The notes: generated from the letters alone by a model not told the origin. A DNA stretch of 64,000 bases from Burkholderiales bacterium (GCA_030684405.1 JAUXYA010000029.1:19147-83146), one strand, 5' to 3'; counted from the stretch's first letter, positions 18,679 through 28,208 are shown. A program made the numbers and translations.

Positions 18679-20187
18679 ATGAACGCACCAGATCCCACTC
18701 ATGTAACGCCCTACGCCGAACTCACCCGTGTCTACACGCGGCTCTACCGCTACCAGCATCTCGGTGCCATCGTCGGCTGGGATCGCAACGCGATGATGCC
18801 GGCTAAGGGCAACGAGGCGCGGGCTGCGGCCGAGGCCGAACTTGCCGCGCTGATACATCGCACGCGCACTGATCCGCGGTTGGCGCAATGGCTGCAGGCT
18901 GCGGAGCGCGAGCAGCTGAACGATCTGGCCCATGCCAACCTGCGTGAAATCCGCCGCGATTGGCGCGATGCCAATGCGCTGCCGGAATCGCTGGTCGAGG
19001 CAAAGTCGCTGGCAGGCGCGCGCTGCGAGCACGCCTGGCGCAACCAGCGTCCTGCGAATGACTGGCAGGGCTTCCTCGGTAATTTCCGCGAAGTGGTGAA
19101 ACTCGCGCGGCAGGAAGCGCGTTTGCTTGCCGACGACAGCGGGCTCGCGCCGTATGACGCGCTGATGGACCGTTTCGAGCCCGGCGTGCGCGCAGCCGAT
19201 ATCGACGGCATTTTCGGCGAGGTCAAGACCTGGCTGCCGCAGCTGGTTGCTGCGGCACAGGCCGTGCAGGCGCGGGAGACTGTCATCGTTCCGCAGGGCC
19301 CGTTTCCGGTAGCGGCGCAGCGCGCGCTGAACCGCGAGGTAATGACCTTGCTCGGCTTCGACTTCGAGGCGGGGCGGCTTGACGAAAGCGCGCATCCCTT
19401 CAGTGGCGGCGTGCCCGAAGACCTGCGCCTGACCACGCGCTACAGCGAAGACGACTTCGCGCGCAGCCTGCTCGGCACCATTCACGAGACCGGTCATGCC
19501 CGCTACGAACAGAACCTGCCGCGGGACTGGCTCGGCCAGCCGGTCGGCAACGCACGCTCCTTCGGCATTCACGAGAGCCAGAGCCTGTCCTTCGAAATGC
19601 AGCTTGCGCGCAGCCGTCCCTTCGTCGGCCTGCTCGCGCCGATGCTGAGAAAGCACTTCGGCGACCAGCCGGCCTTCGATCCGGACAACCTGTATCGCCT
19701 GTGGACGCGGGTCAGGCCCGGATTCATCCGCGTCGACGCTGACGAGGTGACCTATCCGGCGCACGTCATCCTGCGCTATGAAATCGAGCGTCCGCTGATT
19801 GAGGGCCTGATCGAAGCCGAAGACATTCCAGCGCTGTGGGATGAAAAGATGCAGTCGCTGCTCGGACTCGACACGCGCGGCAACTACAAGGACGGCTGCC
19901 TGCAGGACGTGCACTGGACCGAAGGCGCTTTCGGTTATTTCCCGAGTTACACGCTGGGCGCGATGTACGCCGCACAGTGGTTCGCGGCCCTGCGAAAGAA
20001 GCGGCCTGACCTCGATGCGAGTATCGCGGCGGGGAACCTCGAGCCGGTGTTCGGCTGGATGCGCGAGCACATCTGGTTGCAGGCCAGCTTGTGGGAAACC
20101 CCGAAGCTGGTCCGGCGTGCCAGCGGCGAAGCGCTCAATCCGCAGTACTTCCGTGATCACCTCCAGCAGCGTTACCTGCGGCGCTGA
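18679..20187 (+). CDS. M32-family metallocarboxypeptidase (Taq-like)
   Basis: 502 aa with HEXXH as IHETGHARYEQ, plus HESQS and other blocks typical of M32. Confidence 0.9.
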   Translation: MNAPDPTHVTPYAELTRVYTRLYRYQHLGAIVGWDRNAMMPAKGNEARAAAEAELAALIHRTRTDPRLAQWLQAAEREQLNDLAHANLREIRRDWRDANALPESLVEAKSLAGARCEHAWRNQRPANDWQGFLGNFREVVKLARQEARLLADDSGLAPYDALMDRFEPGVRAADIDGIFGEVKTWLPQLVAAAQAVQARETVIVPQGPFPVAAQRALNREVMTLLGFDFEAGRLDESAHPFSGGVPEDLRLTTRYSEDDFARSLLGTIHETGHARYEQNLPRDWLGQPVGNARSFGIHESQSLSFEMQLARSRPFVGLLAPMLRKHFGDQPAFDPDNLYRLWTRVRPGFIRVDADEVTYPAHVILRYEIERPLIEGLIEAEDIPALWDEKMQSLLGLDTRGNYKDGCLQDVHWTEGAFGYFPSYTLGAMYAAQWFAALRKKRPDLDASIAAGNLEPVFGWMREHIWLQASLWETPKLVRRASGEALNPQYFRDHLQQRYLRR

Positions 20188-20199
20188 GGCGCCAGCCGC

Positions 20200-20775
20200 T
20201 CAGAATCCGAAGCGTCCTCCGGCGCCGAGCAGCGTCGCGATGCCGAGCAGCGCGAAGATCGCCGCTGCGATGCTGTGCACCGCCGCCACCGGCATCCGGT
20301 GTGCGATGCGGTCGCCGAGCAGCACCGCGGGCACGTTGGCGATCATCATCCCCAGCGTGGTGCCGATCACCACCGCAGTGAAAGCCTGGTAATGCGCAGC
20401 AAGCGCCACGGTCGCGATCTGGGTCTTGTCGCCCATTTCCGCGATGAAGAATGCGATGAGCGTGGTGCCGAACGCGCCGAGCCTGACGAAGCGCGCAGCT
20501 TCCGCGTCGAGTTTGTCGGGGATCAGTATCCAGACGGCCATCGCGAGGAACGACAGGCCGAGGAACCAGCGCAAAGCTTCCGGCCCGACTTGCAGCGTGA
20601 TCCAGTTGCCGACCGCCCCCGCCAGTGCATGATTGGCCAGGGTGGCCGCGAGAATGCCAGCGATGATTGGCCACGGTTTGCGGAACTTCGCGGCGAGCAA
20701 AAAGGACAGCAGCTGGGTCTTGTCACCGATTTCGGCAAGGGCGACGATGCCGGTGGAAATGAGGAAGGCGTCCAA
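20200..20775 (-). CDS. GDT1/TMEM165 (UPF0016) family cation (Mn2+/Ca2+) transporter
   Basis: Two E-x-G-D-K-T motifs (AEIGDKTQ, AEMGDKTQ) in a 6-TM protein. The apparent start is TTG. Confidence 0.85.
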   Translation of the reverse strand: MDAFLISTGIVALAEIGDKTQLLSFLLAAKFRKPWPIIAGILAATLANHALAGAVGNWITLQVGPEALRWFLGLSFLAMAVWILIPDKLDAEAARFVRLGAFGTTLIAFFIAEMGDKTQIATVALAAHYQAFTAVVIGTTLGMMIANVPAVLLGDRIAHRMPVAAVHSIAAAIFALLGIATLLGAGGRFGF

Positions 20776-20842
20776 ACGCTTGCTCCTGGGCCGGGAGTAG
20801 ACAGATGACCACGCTGCTCCCCGGCCACTGCGGAGGCAACAT

Positions 20843-20945
20843 GGTCAAAGGTCTTGCCAGGTCAGGAAACCGCCTGCGCCATGGCCGGATGGCCAAGCAT
20901 GTTGACGCAGACACCTCTCAGGAGGGCGGCTACTCCCCGATGACG
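20843..20945 (-). promoter_or_regulatory. yybP-ykoY-type Mn2+ riboswitch candidate in the GDT1 leader
   Basis: The minus-strand RNA contains, in order, GGGGAGUAGCC, GUCAACAUGC and GGCAAGACCUUUGAC. These match the three conserved blocks as I recall them from the L. lactis yoaB and E. coli mntP leaders. Supporting helices are GUCA/UGAC, CUGC/GCAG and a GC hairpin. Confidence 0.65.
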
Positions 20946-20997
20946 GCGCGATTCTACCTGCGCGCCGGAGATGGGTCCATGTGCGTGGAGCCGACGA

Positions 20998-21387
20998 TCA
21001 ACGATATATGCGCCGCGCAATCCGCAGCAGCAGAGGACCGGCGAAGCGCGACACCGCGTGGCGGTGGCGCGCGAACTGGCGGTAGGCGAATGTCAGTAGC
21101 GGCTGCAGTGCGGGACGCGACAGCAGCCAGGCGCTCCGTGTCAGGTCGGCGCGGCGGTACGCTTCCGCGAAAACCGCCGGGCCGCGCAGCAGTGTGTTGT
21201 CTCCGAGGCGGGCATGGATGTTGGCCAGGGCCGCGTCGCAGGAGACGCCGTGGGATGACTCGCGGTAATCCTGTGCGGTGACATCGACAAACCGCAGCAG
21301 GTCGCGGCGGTTGCGCGTGCGCAGCACGTGGATTTCCGCCAGGCACAGCGGACAGCGTCCGTCGAAATAGATGGTCAGGGTTTGCAT
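20998..21387 (-). CDS. DCC-family thiol-disulfide oxidoreductase (DUF393)
   Basis: The N-terminus is IYFDGRCPLCLAEI. Confidence 0.8.
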   Translation of the reverse strand: MQTLTIYFDGRCPLCLAEIHVLRTRNRRDLLRFVDVTAQDYRESSHGVSCDAALANIHARLGDNTLLRGPAVFAEAYRRADLTRSAWLLSRPALQPLLTFAYRQFARHRHAVSRFAGPLLLRIARRIYR

Positions 21388-22358
21388 CGGCGGTCAATTA
21401 TGGCCTGCGCGATCGCACGCCCGCTGTTGAAGGCGCACTCGACCCTGGCGCCCAGCGCCCAGTCGCCGCCGAGGAACAGTGTGCCATCCTGACTGGCAAG
21501 GCAGGGAAGGCCGAGCGCCTGGACCGTGCGCGCATAGCGCCAGCGGTGGGCGATGGCCCGCCCGACCCTGGGCATTGCATCGCCGAGTATCTGTTGCACG
21601 GCAGCGACCAGCAGCGCCGCCACCGGCTCACGCTCGAGTTCGAGATGGCGGCTGCTCCAGTGCGTTGTTGCGTGGGCGACCCAACATTCCTTTGTGCTGT
21701 CGCGGCCGGGCTTGGAGCTGTTACGGCTGAGCCAGGAAAGCTTTTCTGAATCAGTTTGCAGGACATCGGGAACTCCGGCCACGGGGCCCGCGAACACGAG
21801 CATCAGCGCCCAGCATGGCGCCATTGTCACGTCATCCAGTGCTTGCGCGATGCTGCGCTCGGCGCCGAACAGTTGTCGCGCTTGCGGCACTGGTACTGTG
21901 CTGACCACGATGTCGAAACACTCGCCCGCCGCATTACCCGCCGTGCGGATGCGCCAGCCAGAAGTTTCGCGTTTCACCTCAGTGACTTCGCAGGCCGCGT
22001 GCAGGTCAAGCCCCGCGGCCAGCGGTTTCGCCAGCGCGCTCATGCCCGGTGTTCCGGCGATCCAGTCTTCCGCCGCGGCATCGATTCCGTTCGTCGTTGC
22101 CGGACGCCAGCGCGCTGCGGCACCGCTTTCGATCATCCCGGCCAGCGTCGCGCGGAAGGCATCGCCGTGCGCGGTCACGTATTGCGCGCCATGGTCGAAG
22201 CTGAGGTTGTCATCAAACCGGCGTGTGGCGAGTCGCCCACCGGGGCTGCGGCCCTTGTCGAAAACAACAGGTTTGAATCCGGCGTCCTGCAGCCCGCGGG
22301 CGCAGGCCAGGCCAGCCATGCCGGCGCCGATGACGGCTATGCGGGGCGGTATGTTCAT
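21375..22358 (-). CDS. NAD(P)/FAD-dependent oxidoreductase (renalase-like)
   Basis: IAVIGAGMAGLACA dinucleotide motif in a 327-aa product. It overlaps the DCC gene by 13 nt. Confidence 0.8.
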   Translation of the reverse strand: MNIPPRIAVIGAGMAGLACARGLQDAGFKPVVFDKGRSPGGRLATRRFDDNLSFDHGAQYVTAHGDAFRATLAGMIESGAAARWRPATTNGIDAAAEDWIAGTPGMSALAKPLAAGLDLHAACEVTEVKRETSGWRIRTAGNAAGECFDIVVSTVPVPQARQLFGAERSIAQALDDVTMAPCWALMLVFAGPVAGVPDVLQTDSEKLSWLSRNSSKPGRDSTKECWVAHATTHWSSRHLELEREPVAALLVAAVQQILGDAMPRVGRAIAHRWRYARTVQALGLPCLASQDGTLFLGGDWALGARVECAFNSGRAIAQAIIDRRCKP

Positions 22359-22479
22359 GTGAATGATCCGGGGACGATTGTCACTTGATCGGTATTGCAG
22401 CGATGTTACAGGGCATGGCGGCGGTCGTAAGGTTTTAAACGCCTGTCATCAACAGGCGGCCTTGCCTGGCCACAACGCG

Positions 22480-22510
22480 AAAAATCTGCCGCACTCCTCC
22501 GCGGGTGCGG
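22480..22510 (-). terminator. probable rho-independent terminator of the fasciclin gene
   Basis: On the minus strand: CCGCAC-loop-GUGCGG followed by CAGAUUUUU. Confidence 0.5.
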
Positions 22511-22543
22511 GGAGCGCGACAGTCCAGGCGGAAGCGGAGAGAC

Positions 22544-22587
22544 TTACGACAGGATCAATTACGACAGGATCAATTACGGCAGGATCA
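22544..22587. repeat. three tandem copies of a 15-bp unit spanning the fasciclin stop codon
   Basis: ttacgacaggatcaa / ttacgacaggatcaa / ttacggcaggatca. The third copy encodes the last codons plus the stop of the fasciclin gene. Confidence 0.9.
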
Positions 22588-23044
22588 CGGCGTCAATGAC
22601 ATGTATCACGCCGTTGCTGGCGACGATGTCGGTCTTTACGACATTGGCCTGGTTGACCATGACTTTGCCGCCGGCGGTGCTGATGTTCAGTGGTTTGCCA
22701 TTGGCGGTCGGCGCGTTGCCGGCCTTGACGTCTTTCGCCATCACTGTGCCCGGCACCACGTGGTAAGTCAGCACGGCGGCGAGCTTTTGTTTGTCGGCGA
22801 GCAGGGCGTCGAGCTGCGCCTTCGGAATCTTGGCAAAGGCCTCATCGGTGGGCGCGAACACGGTAAACGGACCCTTGCCCTTCAGGGTATCGACGAGGCC
22901 GGCAGCCTTCACCGCAGTGACCAGGGTTTTGAAGTTGCCCGCCGAGACGGCAGTGTCGACGATGTCGGATGCAGCAGTGGCCAGCGACGAGACCGCAAAT
23001 ACGGCGCCCGCGCAGAGGGCACGGAGGGAACGCGAAACAGCCAT
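22574..23044 (-). CDS. fasciclin (FAS1) domain exported protein
   Basis: Signal peptide followed by [44 protein letters not shown]...NGVIHVID. Confidence 0.85.
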   Translation of the reverse strand: MAVSRSLRALCAGAVFAVSSLATAASDIVDTAVSAGNFKTLVTAVKAAGLVDTLKGKGPFTVFAPTDEAFAKIPKAQLDALLADKQKLAAVLTYHVVPGTVMAKDVKAGNAPTANGKPLNISTAGGKVMVNQANVVKTDIVASNGVIHVIDAVILP

Positions 23045-23173
23045 TTGTATCTCCTTGATTTAATTGAATAAATAGTTACACAAACCGCTTCCGGAACTGA
23101 ATGCGATACAATCCGGTCAATTTGTGACTGGTTGGTCATTTTTAAAACCCATGAGTTCAACCGATAGCCGGCG

Positions 23174-23803
23174 ATGTCCATGACACTGAAAATTCCTTTC
23201 CGCCAACAGCAGTTCGATGCGCGCGAGGAGGCGATCCTCGATGCCGTCAACCGCCTGCTCTCCGACAAGGGTTATGACCTGATGACCATGGAGGACGTGG
23301 CGCTGGAAGTCGGCGTCGCCAAGGGCAGCCTCTACAAGCATTTCTCATCAAAGGAAAAACTCGCGGCGGCGGTGCTCTCCCGGCTGCTGCGGCAGACACT
23401 GGCGGCGCTTGAGGCGATGCCCGCGGAGTGGCCGGCGATCCGGCGACTGGAGGAAATCCTGCGCTGGTCGCTGCAGCACCGCTTGCGCGGCGGGGTGCCG
23501 CACCTGCCTTCGACCAGTCGCGCCCTGCAGCGCAGCCTGATGCTCAACCTTGAGTACATCGCGCTGGCGCTGCGCGTGAACAAGCGCTTCCACGCGCTGG
23601 TGCGGGAAGCCCGCCGTGCCGGCGACATTTCCGCTGCGGTGTCCGACGACGTGGTGGTCTACACACTCTATTCACGGGCCTGCGACCCGACCGTCGAGTT
23701 CCTGGTGCGCGACGGCAAGCTCGACGCCGGGCAGATCGTGGAAACCATGGTCGCCGCGACTTTCGGCGGCCTGCGTGCTGCCGTCAATGAGGGTCCGCGA
23801 TGA
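23174..23803 (+). CDS. TetR-family transcriptional regulator
   Basis: N-terminal HTH with ...GYDLMTMEDVALEVGVAKGSLYKHFSSKE. Confidence 0.85.
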   Translation: MSMTLKIPFRQQQFDAREEAILDAVNRLLSDKGYDLMTMEDVALEVGVAKGSLYKHFSSKEKLAAAVLSRLLRQTLAALEAMPAEWPAIRRLEEILRWSLQHRLRGGVPHLPSTSRALQRSLMLNLEYIALALRVNKRFHALVREARRAGDISAAVSDDVVVYTLYSRACDPTVEFLVRDGKLDAGQIVETMVAATFGGLRAAVNEGPR

Positions 23804-24372
23804 TTCGGATGATCGCTCTGCTGCTGGCACTCGCCTTCGTGTCAGGCGCAGCGCCTGCGCTGGCTGCCGACGCCCTCGAACTGGCCGAACTCGCCAAGCC
23901 CGGCCGCGTGCTGCTGCTGCGCCATGCCATCGCACCCGGTGTCGGCGATCCCGACAATTTCCGCCTGCGCGACTGCAGCACCCAGCGCAATCTCGATACC
24001 GCGGGTCGGCAACAGGCAACGCGCTTGGGCAAGCGCATTGCCGGCCTCGGCATCCGGGACATGAAAGTCTACGCCGGCCAATGGTGCCGCACGCTGGAGA
24101 CCGCCCGCCTGCTCGGCCTCGGGCCGGTCACCGAACTGCCCGCACTCAATTCTTTCTTCGCCCGGCCGGACCAGCGCGAGGGCAACCTTGACGGCGTGCG
24201 CAAATTTCTTGCGAAGCTCCCCACCGACGGGCCGCTGGTGATCCTCGTTACCCACCAGGTTACGGTTACGGGCATTACCGGGATTTATCCCGCATCGGGC
24301 GGTGGCGCCGTCCTGCAGCTCGATGGCACCTCGATGCCGAAAGCCATCGGCGAGTTGCGGGCCGGCTACTGA
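23800..24372 (+). CDS. histidine phosphatase family protein with signal peptide
   Basis: LLLRHAIAPG (RHG-like motif) follows a signal peptide. Its ATG overlaps the TetR stop (ATGA). Confidence 0.7.
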   Translation: MIRMIALLLALAFVSGAAPALAADALELAELAKPGRVLLLRHAIAPGVGDPDNFRLRDCSTQRNLDTAGRQQATRLGKRIAGLGIRDMKVYAGQWCRTLETARLLGLGPVTELPALNSFFARPDQREGNLDGVRKFLAKLPTDGPLVILVTHQVTVTGITGIYPASGGGAVLQLDGTSMPKAIGELRAGY

Positions 24373-24400
24373 ATTCCCCCTTCAATCAGGAGATACACGG

Positions 24401-24706
24401 ATGAAAGCCATCCTCATCACGCCGGAGAGTAAATCCGTCGAAATCATCGACATTGGCGGCCACGACGACATCAAGGCCATCATCGGTTTCGATACCATCG
24501 AATCCGATGCAGTCGGCGATGTCGGCGACCGCCTGTTTTTCGATGAAGAGTGTTTTCTGCGCGGAGGCGGTGCACGCTTCCAGATCGACACGCTGATTCC
24601 GGTATCGGGCAAGGCGCTGGTTGTCGGCACGGCTGCCGACGGCAAGGAGTTGCGCGACGTGTCGACCCCGATCGACAGCCTGCTCGGCCGTATCAAATAT
24701 CTCTGA
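24401..24706 (+). CDS. small hypothetical protein
   Basis: Internal Met MKAILITPES preceded by a CAGGAGA RBS; 101 aa. Confidence 0.5.
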   Translation: MKAILITPESKSVEIIDIGGHDDIKAIIGFDTIESDAVGDVGDRLFFDEECFLRGGGARFQIDTLIPVSGKALVVGTAADGKELRDVSTPIDSLLGRIKYL

Positions 24707-24732
24707 GCCGCCCGGCCTGCCGTGACCGCAGC

Positions 24733-25179
24733 TCAGCCGCGCGCCCGTGAACGCGCGAGCATTACCTGGGTGTTGGGCACGTAAAGCAGGTGTGCAATCT
24801 TGCGTACGAAATGGTCCTCGTACGGATCCAGCGGTTGATGGGCATAGGCGACGTGCCACAGGTGCTCGATCAGCGCCACGCGCTGCTCCATCGAAAAGTC
24901 GCGTTTGATCACTGCCACCTGCGCGTAATAAGAAGTCAGGTGCCCGGTCCTGCCGCGGGCCTCCGTCAACAGTGCGGAACATTCGGCCGGACCCAGTCCA
25001 AACAATTCCACCAGCGCGTTTTCGGCTGCAGCCTGTTCCGCGTCGTGGGTCTCGAGGTCGACGCGGGTGCATTCATGCAGCAGTACCGCCACTGCGAGAT
25101 GCAACTGGCGGCGTTCGAAACCGGGCACTGCAGCGCTGCCGCCGCCCTCTTCGAACAGCCGTTTCAGGGTTCTCAACAT
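24733..25179 (-). CDS. TerB-family (tellurite-resistance-like) protein
   Basis: ...LAVAVLLHECTRVDLE...EQRVALIEHLWHVAYAHQPLDPYEDHFVRKIAHLL resembles the TerB-like fold. Confidence 0.65.
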   Translation of the reverse strand: MLRTLKRLFEEGGGSAAVPGFERRQLHLAVAVLLHECTRVDLETHDAEQAAAENALVELFGLGPAECSALLTEARGRTGHLTSYYAQVAVIKRDFSMEQRVALIEHLWHVAYAHQPLDPYEDHFVRKIAHLLYVPNTQVMLARSRARG

Positions 25180-25189
25180 GTCCGGAAAT

Positions 25190-25528
25190 CTAGCGCGAGC
25201 GCCCGTTTTTCACGAAATCGAGCGCGGCCTGGAACAGTTCCAGGTCTTTTTCGTAGTCTGCCGCATCGGCGCGGTCGATCTGTACCCACTCCCGTGTGCC
25301 GGCGATGCCGCCCGGCTGGAATGCACTGGTATTGTCGCGGGAGAACTGCAGTTCCGTCGCTACTGCAGCGGGCAGGCGCAGGCCGACACCGCTGCCGCTG
25401 ATGCAGGCGAACATGCGGTCGCTGACGAAATAGGCGTCGAGGCCGTTGATCTTGCGGGCGCTGACGCCAGGGATTTTCAGCAGCAGCGTATCGAGCTGCG
25501 CTTTGGGGCCGGTCTTGGTGCTGTCCAT
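25190..25528 (-). CDS. TfoX/Sxy N-terminal domain family protein
   Basis: ...ARKINGLDAYFVSDRMFACISGSGVGLRL...; 112 aa. Confidence 0.65.
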   Translation of the reverse strand: MDSTKTGPKAQLDTLLLKIPGVSARKINGLDAYFVSDRMFACISGSGVGLRLPAAVATELQFSRDNTSAFQPGGIAGTREWVQIDRADAADYEKDLELFQAALDFVKNGRSR

Positions 25529-25725
25529 GTCTGGGGGATGTTCCGGAATTGCAGGTGTTGCAGGATTATAAACACCGACCGCCCTGCCGCGCTTGGTTAC
25601 CGATCGACACGTTTGTAACGTTTTCTTACATCATGTCGAGGAACGCGCCGTATCCCGCGTGCTCTCAGTTACAGAGCCTTCCATGCCGGGAGGCCCTTAA
25701 GTCCTTAAAAACCATCCGGAGGTGA

Positions 25726-26271
25726 ATGATGAACAAACTGATCATGAATACCCTTGTCGCTGCCGGTTTTGCCGCTGCAGTGCCGCTGGCCATCGCGCAG
25801 GCGAATCCCCCAGCCGCTGGACAGGGCCAGCATGCCCAGCACGGACAGCGTGGCCACCATGCGCAGCACGGCAAGCAGGCGTTCCGCATGCCCGGCGAAC
25901 GCGTTGAAGCGCGCCTCGCCTACATGAAGACCGCGCTGAAGATCACTGATGCGCAGCAGCCGCAGTGGGAGGCTTTCGCCACCGTTGCACGCAAGCAGGC
26001 GAAGGAAGCTGATGCGCGGATCCAGTCGCACCGCGAAAAACGCGCCGCCAATACCGAGCGCAAGCGGCCTACTGCGATCGAGCGTCTTGAAGGGCGCCAG
26101 CAGTTCATGGCGGCGTCTTCGGCGCGGATCGGCGAGCGCCTTGCCGCACAGAAGCCGCTCTACGCTGCACTGTCACCTGAGCAGAAGCAGGTCGCTGACC
26201 AGCTGTTCGTGGGACGCGGTGGTAAACACGGCGGCCGCGGCGGACGCCACGGCGGGCATGGCCGGGCGTAA
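25726..26271 (+). CDS. Spy/CpxP-family periplasmic protein
   Basis: Signal peptide, LTXXQ-type motifs (KITDAQ, LSPEQ) and a His/Gly-rich tail. Confidence 0.7.
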   Translation: MMNKLIMNTLVAAGFAAAVPLAIAQANPPAAGQGQHAQHGQRGHHAQHGKQAFRMPGERVEARLAYMKTALKITDAQQPQWEAFATVARKQAKEADARIQSHREKRAANTERKRPTAIERLEGRQQFMAASSARIGERLAAQKPLYAALSPEQKQVADQLFVGRGGKHGGRGGRHGGHGRA

Positions 26272-26328
26272 ACGGCCGCTGCGATATCAAGGCCTGTCGG
26301 GCGCTTGATACACGCAGTTGCAGGAAGC

Positions 26329-26355
26329 AACGGGGCCTTGTGGCCCCGTTTTTTT
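26329..26355 (+). terminator. rho-independent terminator
   Basis: acggggcc-ttgt-ggccccgt followed by tttttt. Confidence 0.75.
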
Positions 26356-26410
26356 GGAGTTCGTCGACAGAAACTTTTAAACTGAAGGCCTGACAAGGAA
26401 GGAATCCTTC

Positions 26411-27340
26411 GTGCGTATTGGGATGTTCGTGGCCTGGATCGTTGCCGCAGCTTTGTGCCTGCCCGCCTTCGCGCAGGACTCTTCGGCCAAGCCACCGCGC
26501 AGCGCAGCGAAGAAGCCGCCGAACGAGGTCAGCCAGGCGCGACGGGAACAGGCGAAGATTTACGAGACCCGCGGCGAGGAAGTGCCCGCCACCTATGTCA
26601 CGGACCGCGCGCTACTGTCCTACGGCAGCACACTGCTGGCGGATTTCATTAATACTCTGGCGAATCTTGGTCCGTCCGACCGCTGGCTGGACATTGGGGC
26701 AGGGCAGGGCAGGGCCATACTCGAGTATTACGGTGAACGCTTTGATGCGATGAATCCAGAGGGTCGCGATCGGCGCGGCAGCAAGGCGCAGTCGGTGGCG
26801 TTGTCGATCGAGGACCGGCGGACTGCCGAATGGCACAAGATCGCGGCCGCCCTCGAACCCGGAAAGATCAGCTATTTGCACGGCAAGCGCCTGCGCGAAT
26901 ACACACCGGCGGAGCTGGGCCGCTTCCAGCTGGCCAGCGATGTCTATGGCGGTTTTTCGTACAGCTCCGACCTGTCGCGGTTCATGGCGCGCATCCTTGA
27001 CCTGCTCAAGACCGGCGGCAGCTTCTACACGCTGCTGATCAACGTGCAAACGGCAAGCGCAACCAGCAAGGGCGGGAAACGTGACGCAGAGTTCCAGACC
27101 GAAATCCTTGCCGCTGACGGCATGCCGGTGGGCATCTGCGCTTGGCTGCGGCAGATCGGCTGTGCCGAGGTTACCTGCGACACCGATCCGCGATCGGAAA
27201 CGCCGATAGAACGTTACCGCATCCGCAAGACTTGTGAACAGGTCAGCGTACCCGTGCTGGAACCGGTGCATTTCGCGGCGGGCACGCCCCCGGTGCGTGT
27301 TTTTCGACTGGTCGCGCCGATAGCACCCCAGCTTCCTTGA
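26411..27340 (+). CDS. exported protein with class I SAM-methyltransferase-like motif
   Basis: GTG start. It has a Sec-type signal peptide (CLPAFAQ) and the segments WLDIGAGQGRAILEY and LKTGGSFY. Confidence 0.6.
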   Translation: MRIGMFVAWIVAAALCLPAFAQDSSAKPPRSAAKKPPNEVSQARREQAKIYETRGEEVPATYVTDRALLSYGSTLLADFINTLANLGPSDRWLDIGAGQGRAILEYYGERFDAMNPEGRDRRGSKAQSVALSIEDRRTAEWHKIAAALEPGKISYLHGKRLREYTPAELGRFQLASDVYGGFSYSSDLSRFMARILDLLKTGGSFYTLLINVQTASATSKGGKRDAEFQTEILAADGMPVGICAWLRQIGCAEVTCDTDPRSETPIERYRIRKTCEQVSVPVLEPVHFAAGTPPVRVFRLVAPIAPQLP

Positions 27341-27482
27341 AAAGGGATCTTCAGCGAAATGCGCAATAAAACTTTTCCGGCGTGGAGTGAGTGACCTGCC
27401 ATGCGTTATGGTGTTGCGTGACAGAATTGTTTGGCCGGGCATGTTGGTCCGGTGGTGTCAAATGGACTAAAGGAACACAGCA

Positions 27483-28208
27483 TTGAAGACAATCAAGGCC
27501 TATCGCAATCCCGAGTTCATGAACAGCCGCGCAGCGCGCCCGCTGCGTATCCTGGCCGAGTATGCCGAGCCGCGCAGCCGCCTTGATGCCGAGCGTGTCG
27601 AGGACACCATTGTCTTTTTCGGTTCGGCCCGCCTGAAGGAAGGCAACAAGTACTACGAAGCTGCGCGCGAGTTGGCGTTCCGGCTGACACAATGGTCCAA
27701 GGGCCTGGATCCCGAGGGGCGCCGCCGGTTCGTGGTCTGCACCGGCGGCGGGCCGGGCATCATGGCTGCGGCAAACCGCGGCGCTTCCGAGGCGAAGGGG
27801 CGCAACGTCGGGCTGACCATTGCGCTGCCGCAGGAAGAGCTGGTCAATCCCTACGTGACCCGCGAGCTCGAATTCCACTTTCACTACTTCTTCATGCGCA
27901 AGTTCTGGTTTTCCTATCTTGCCAAGGCGCTGGTGGTGTTTCCCGGTGGCTACGGCACGCTCGACGAGCTGTTCGAGGTGCTCACACTGGTGCAGACCAA
28001 ACGCATGCACAAACCGATGCCGATCGTGCTGTTCGGCAACGACTACTGGAACGAGGTGATCAACTTCGACGCGCTGGTGCGCCATGGCACCATAGACGCG
28101 ACGGATCTCGATTTGATGTATCGCACCGACTCGGTGGACGAGGGCTTTGCTTACCTGGTCAAGCAGTTGATGGCCGGAGCGCTCGGAAAGCCGGGCGACA
28201 CGCTTTAA
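27483..28208 (+). CDS. LOG/TIGR00730-family Rossmann protein (nucleotide phosphoribohydrolase-like)
   Basis: TGGGPGIMAAANRGA and PGGYGTLDELFE motifs. The apparent start is TTG. Confidence 0.85.
   Translation: MKTIKAYRNPEFMNSRAARPLRILAEYAEPRSRLDAERVEDTIVFFGSARLKEGNKYYEAARELAFRLTQWSKGLDPEGRRRFVVCTGGGPGIMAAANRGASEAKGRNVGLTIALPQEELVNPYVTRELEFHFHYFFMRKFWFSYLAKALVVFPGGYGTLDELFEVLTLVQTKRMHKPMPIVLFGNDYWNEVINFDALVRHGTIDATDLDLMYRTDSVDEGFAYLVKQLMAGALGKPGDTL

Noticed and set aside
18616-20160. 514-aa minus-strand ORF
   Set aside because: It is antisense to the M32 carboxypeptidase, which has an unmistakable HEXXH and family blocks. The shadow translation has no motifs.
20805-21281. 158-aa plus-strand ORF between the GDT1 and DCC genes
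   Set aside because: It overlaps the riboswitch-like leader on the opposite strand and the DCC gene antisense. Its Arg/Gly-rich sequence has no motifs.
26612-28085. Minus-strand ORFs 26612..27442 (276 aa) and 27351..28085 (244 aa)
   Set aside because: They are antisense to the methyltransferase-like gene and the LOG-family gene. The LOG gene carries clear PGGxGTxxE and GGGxGxM motifs.
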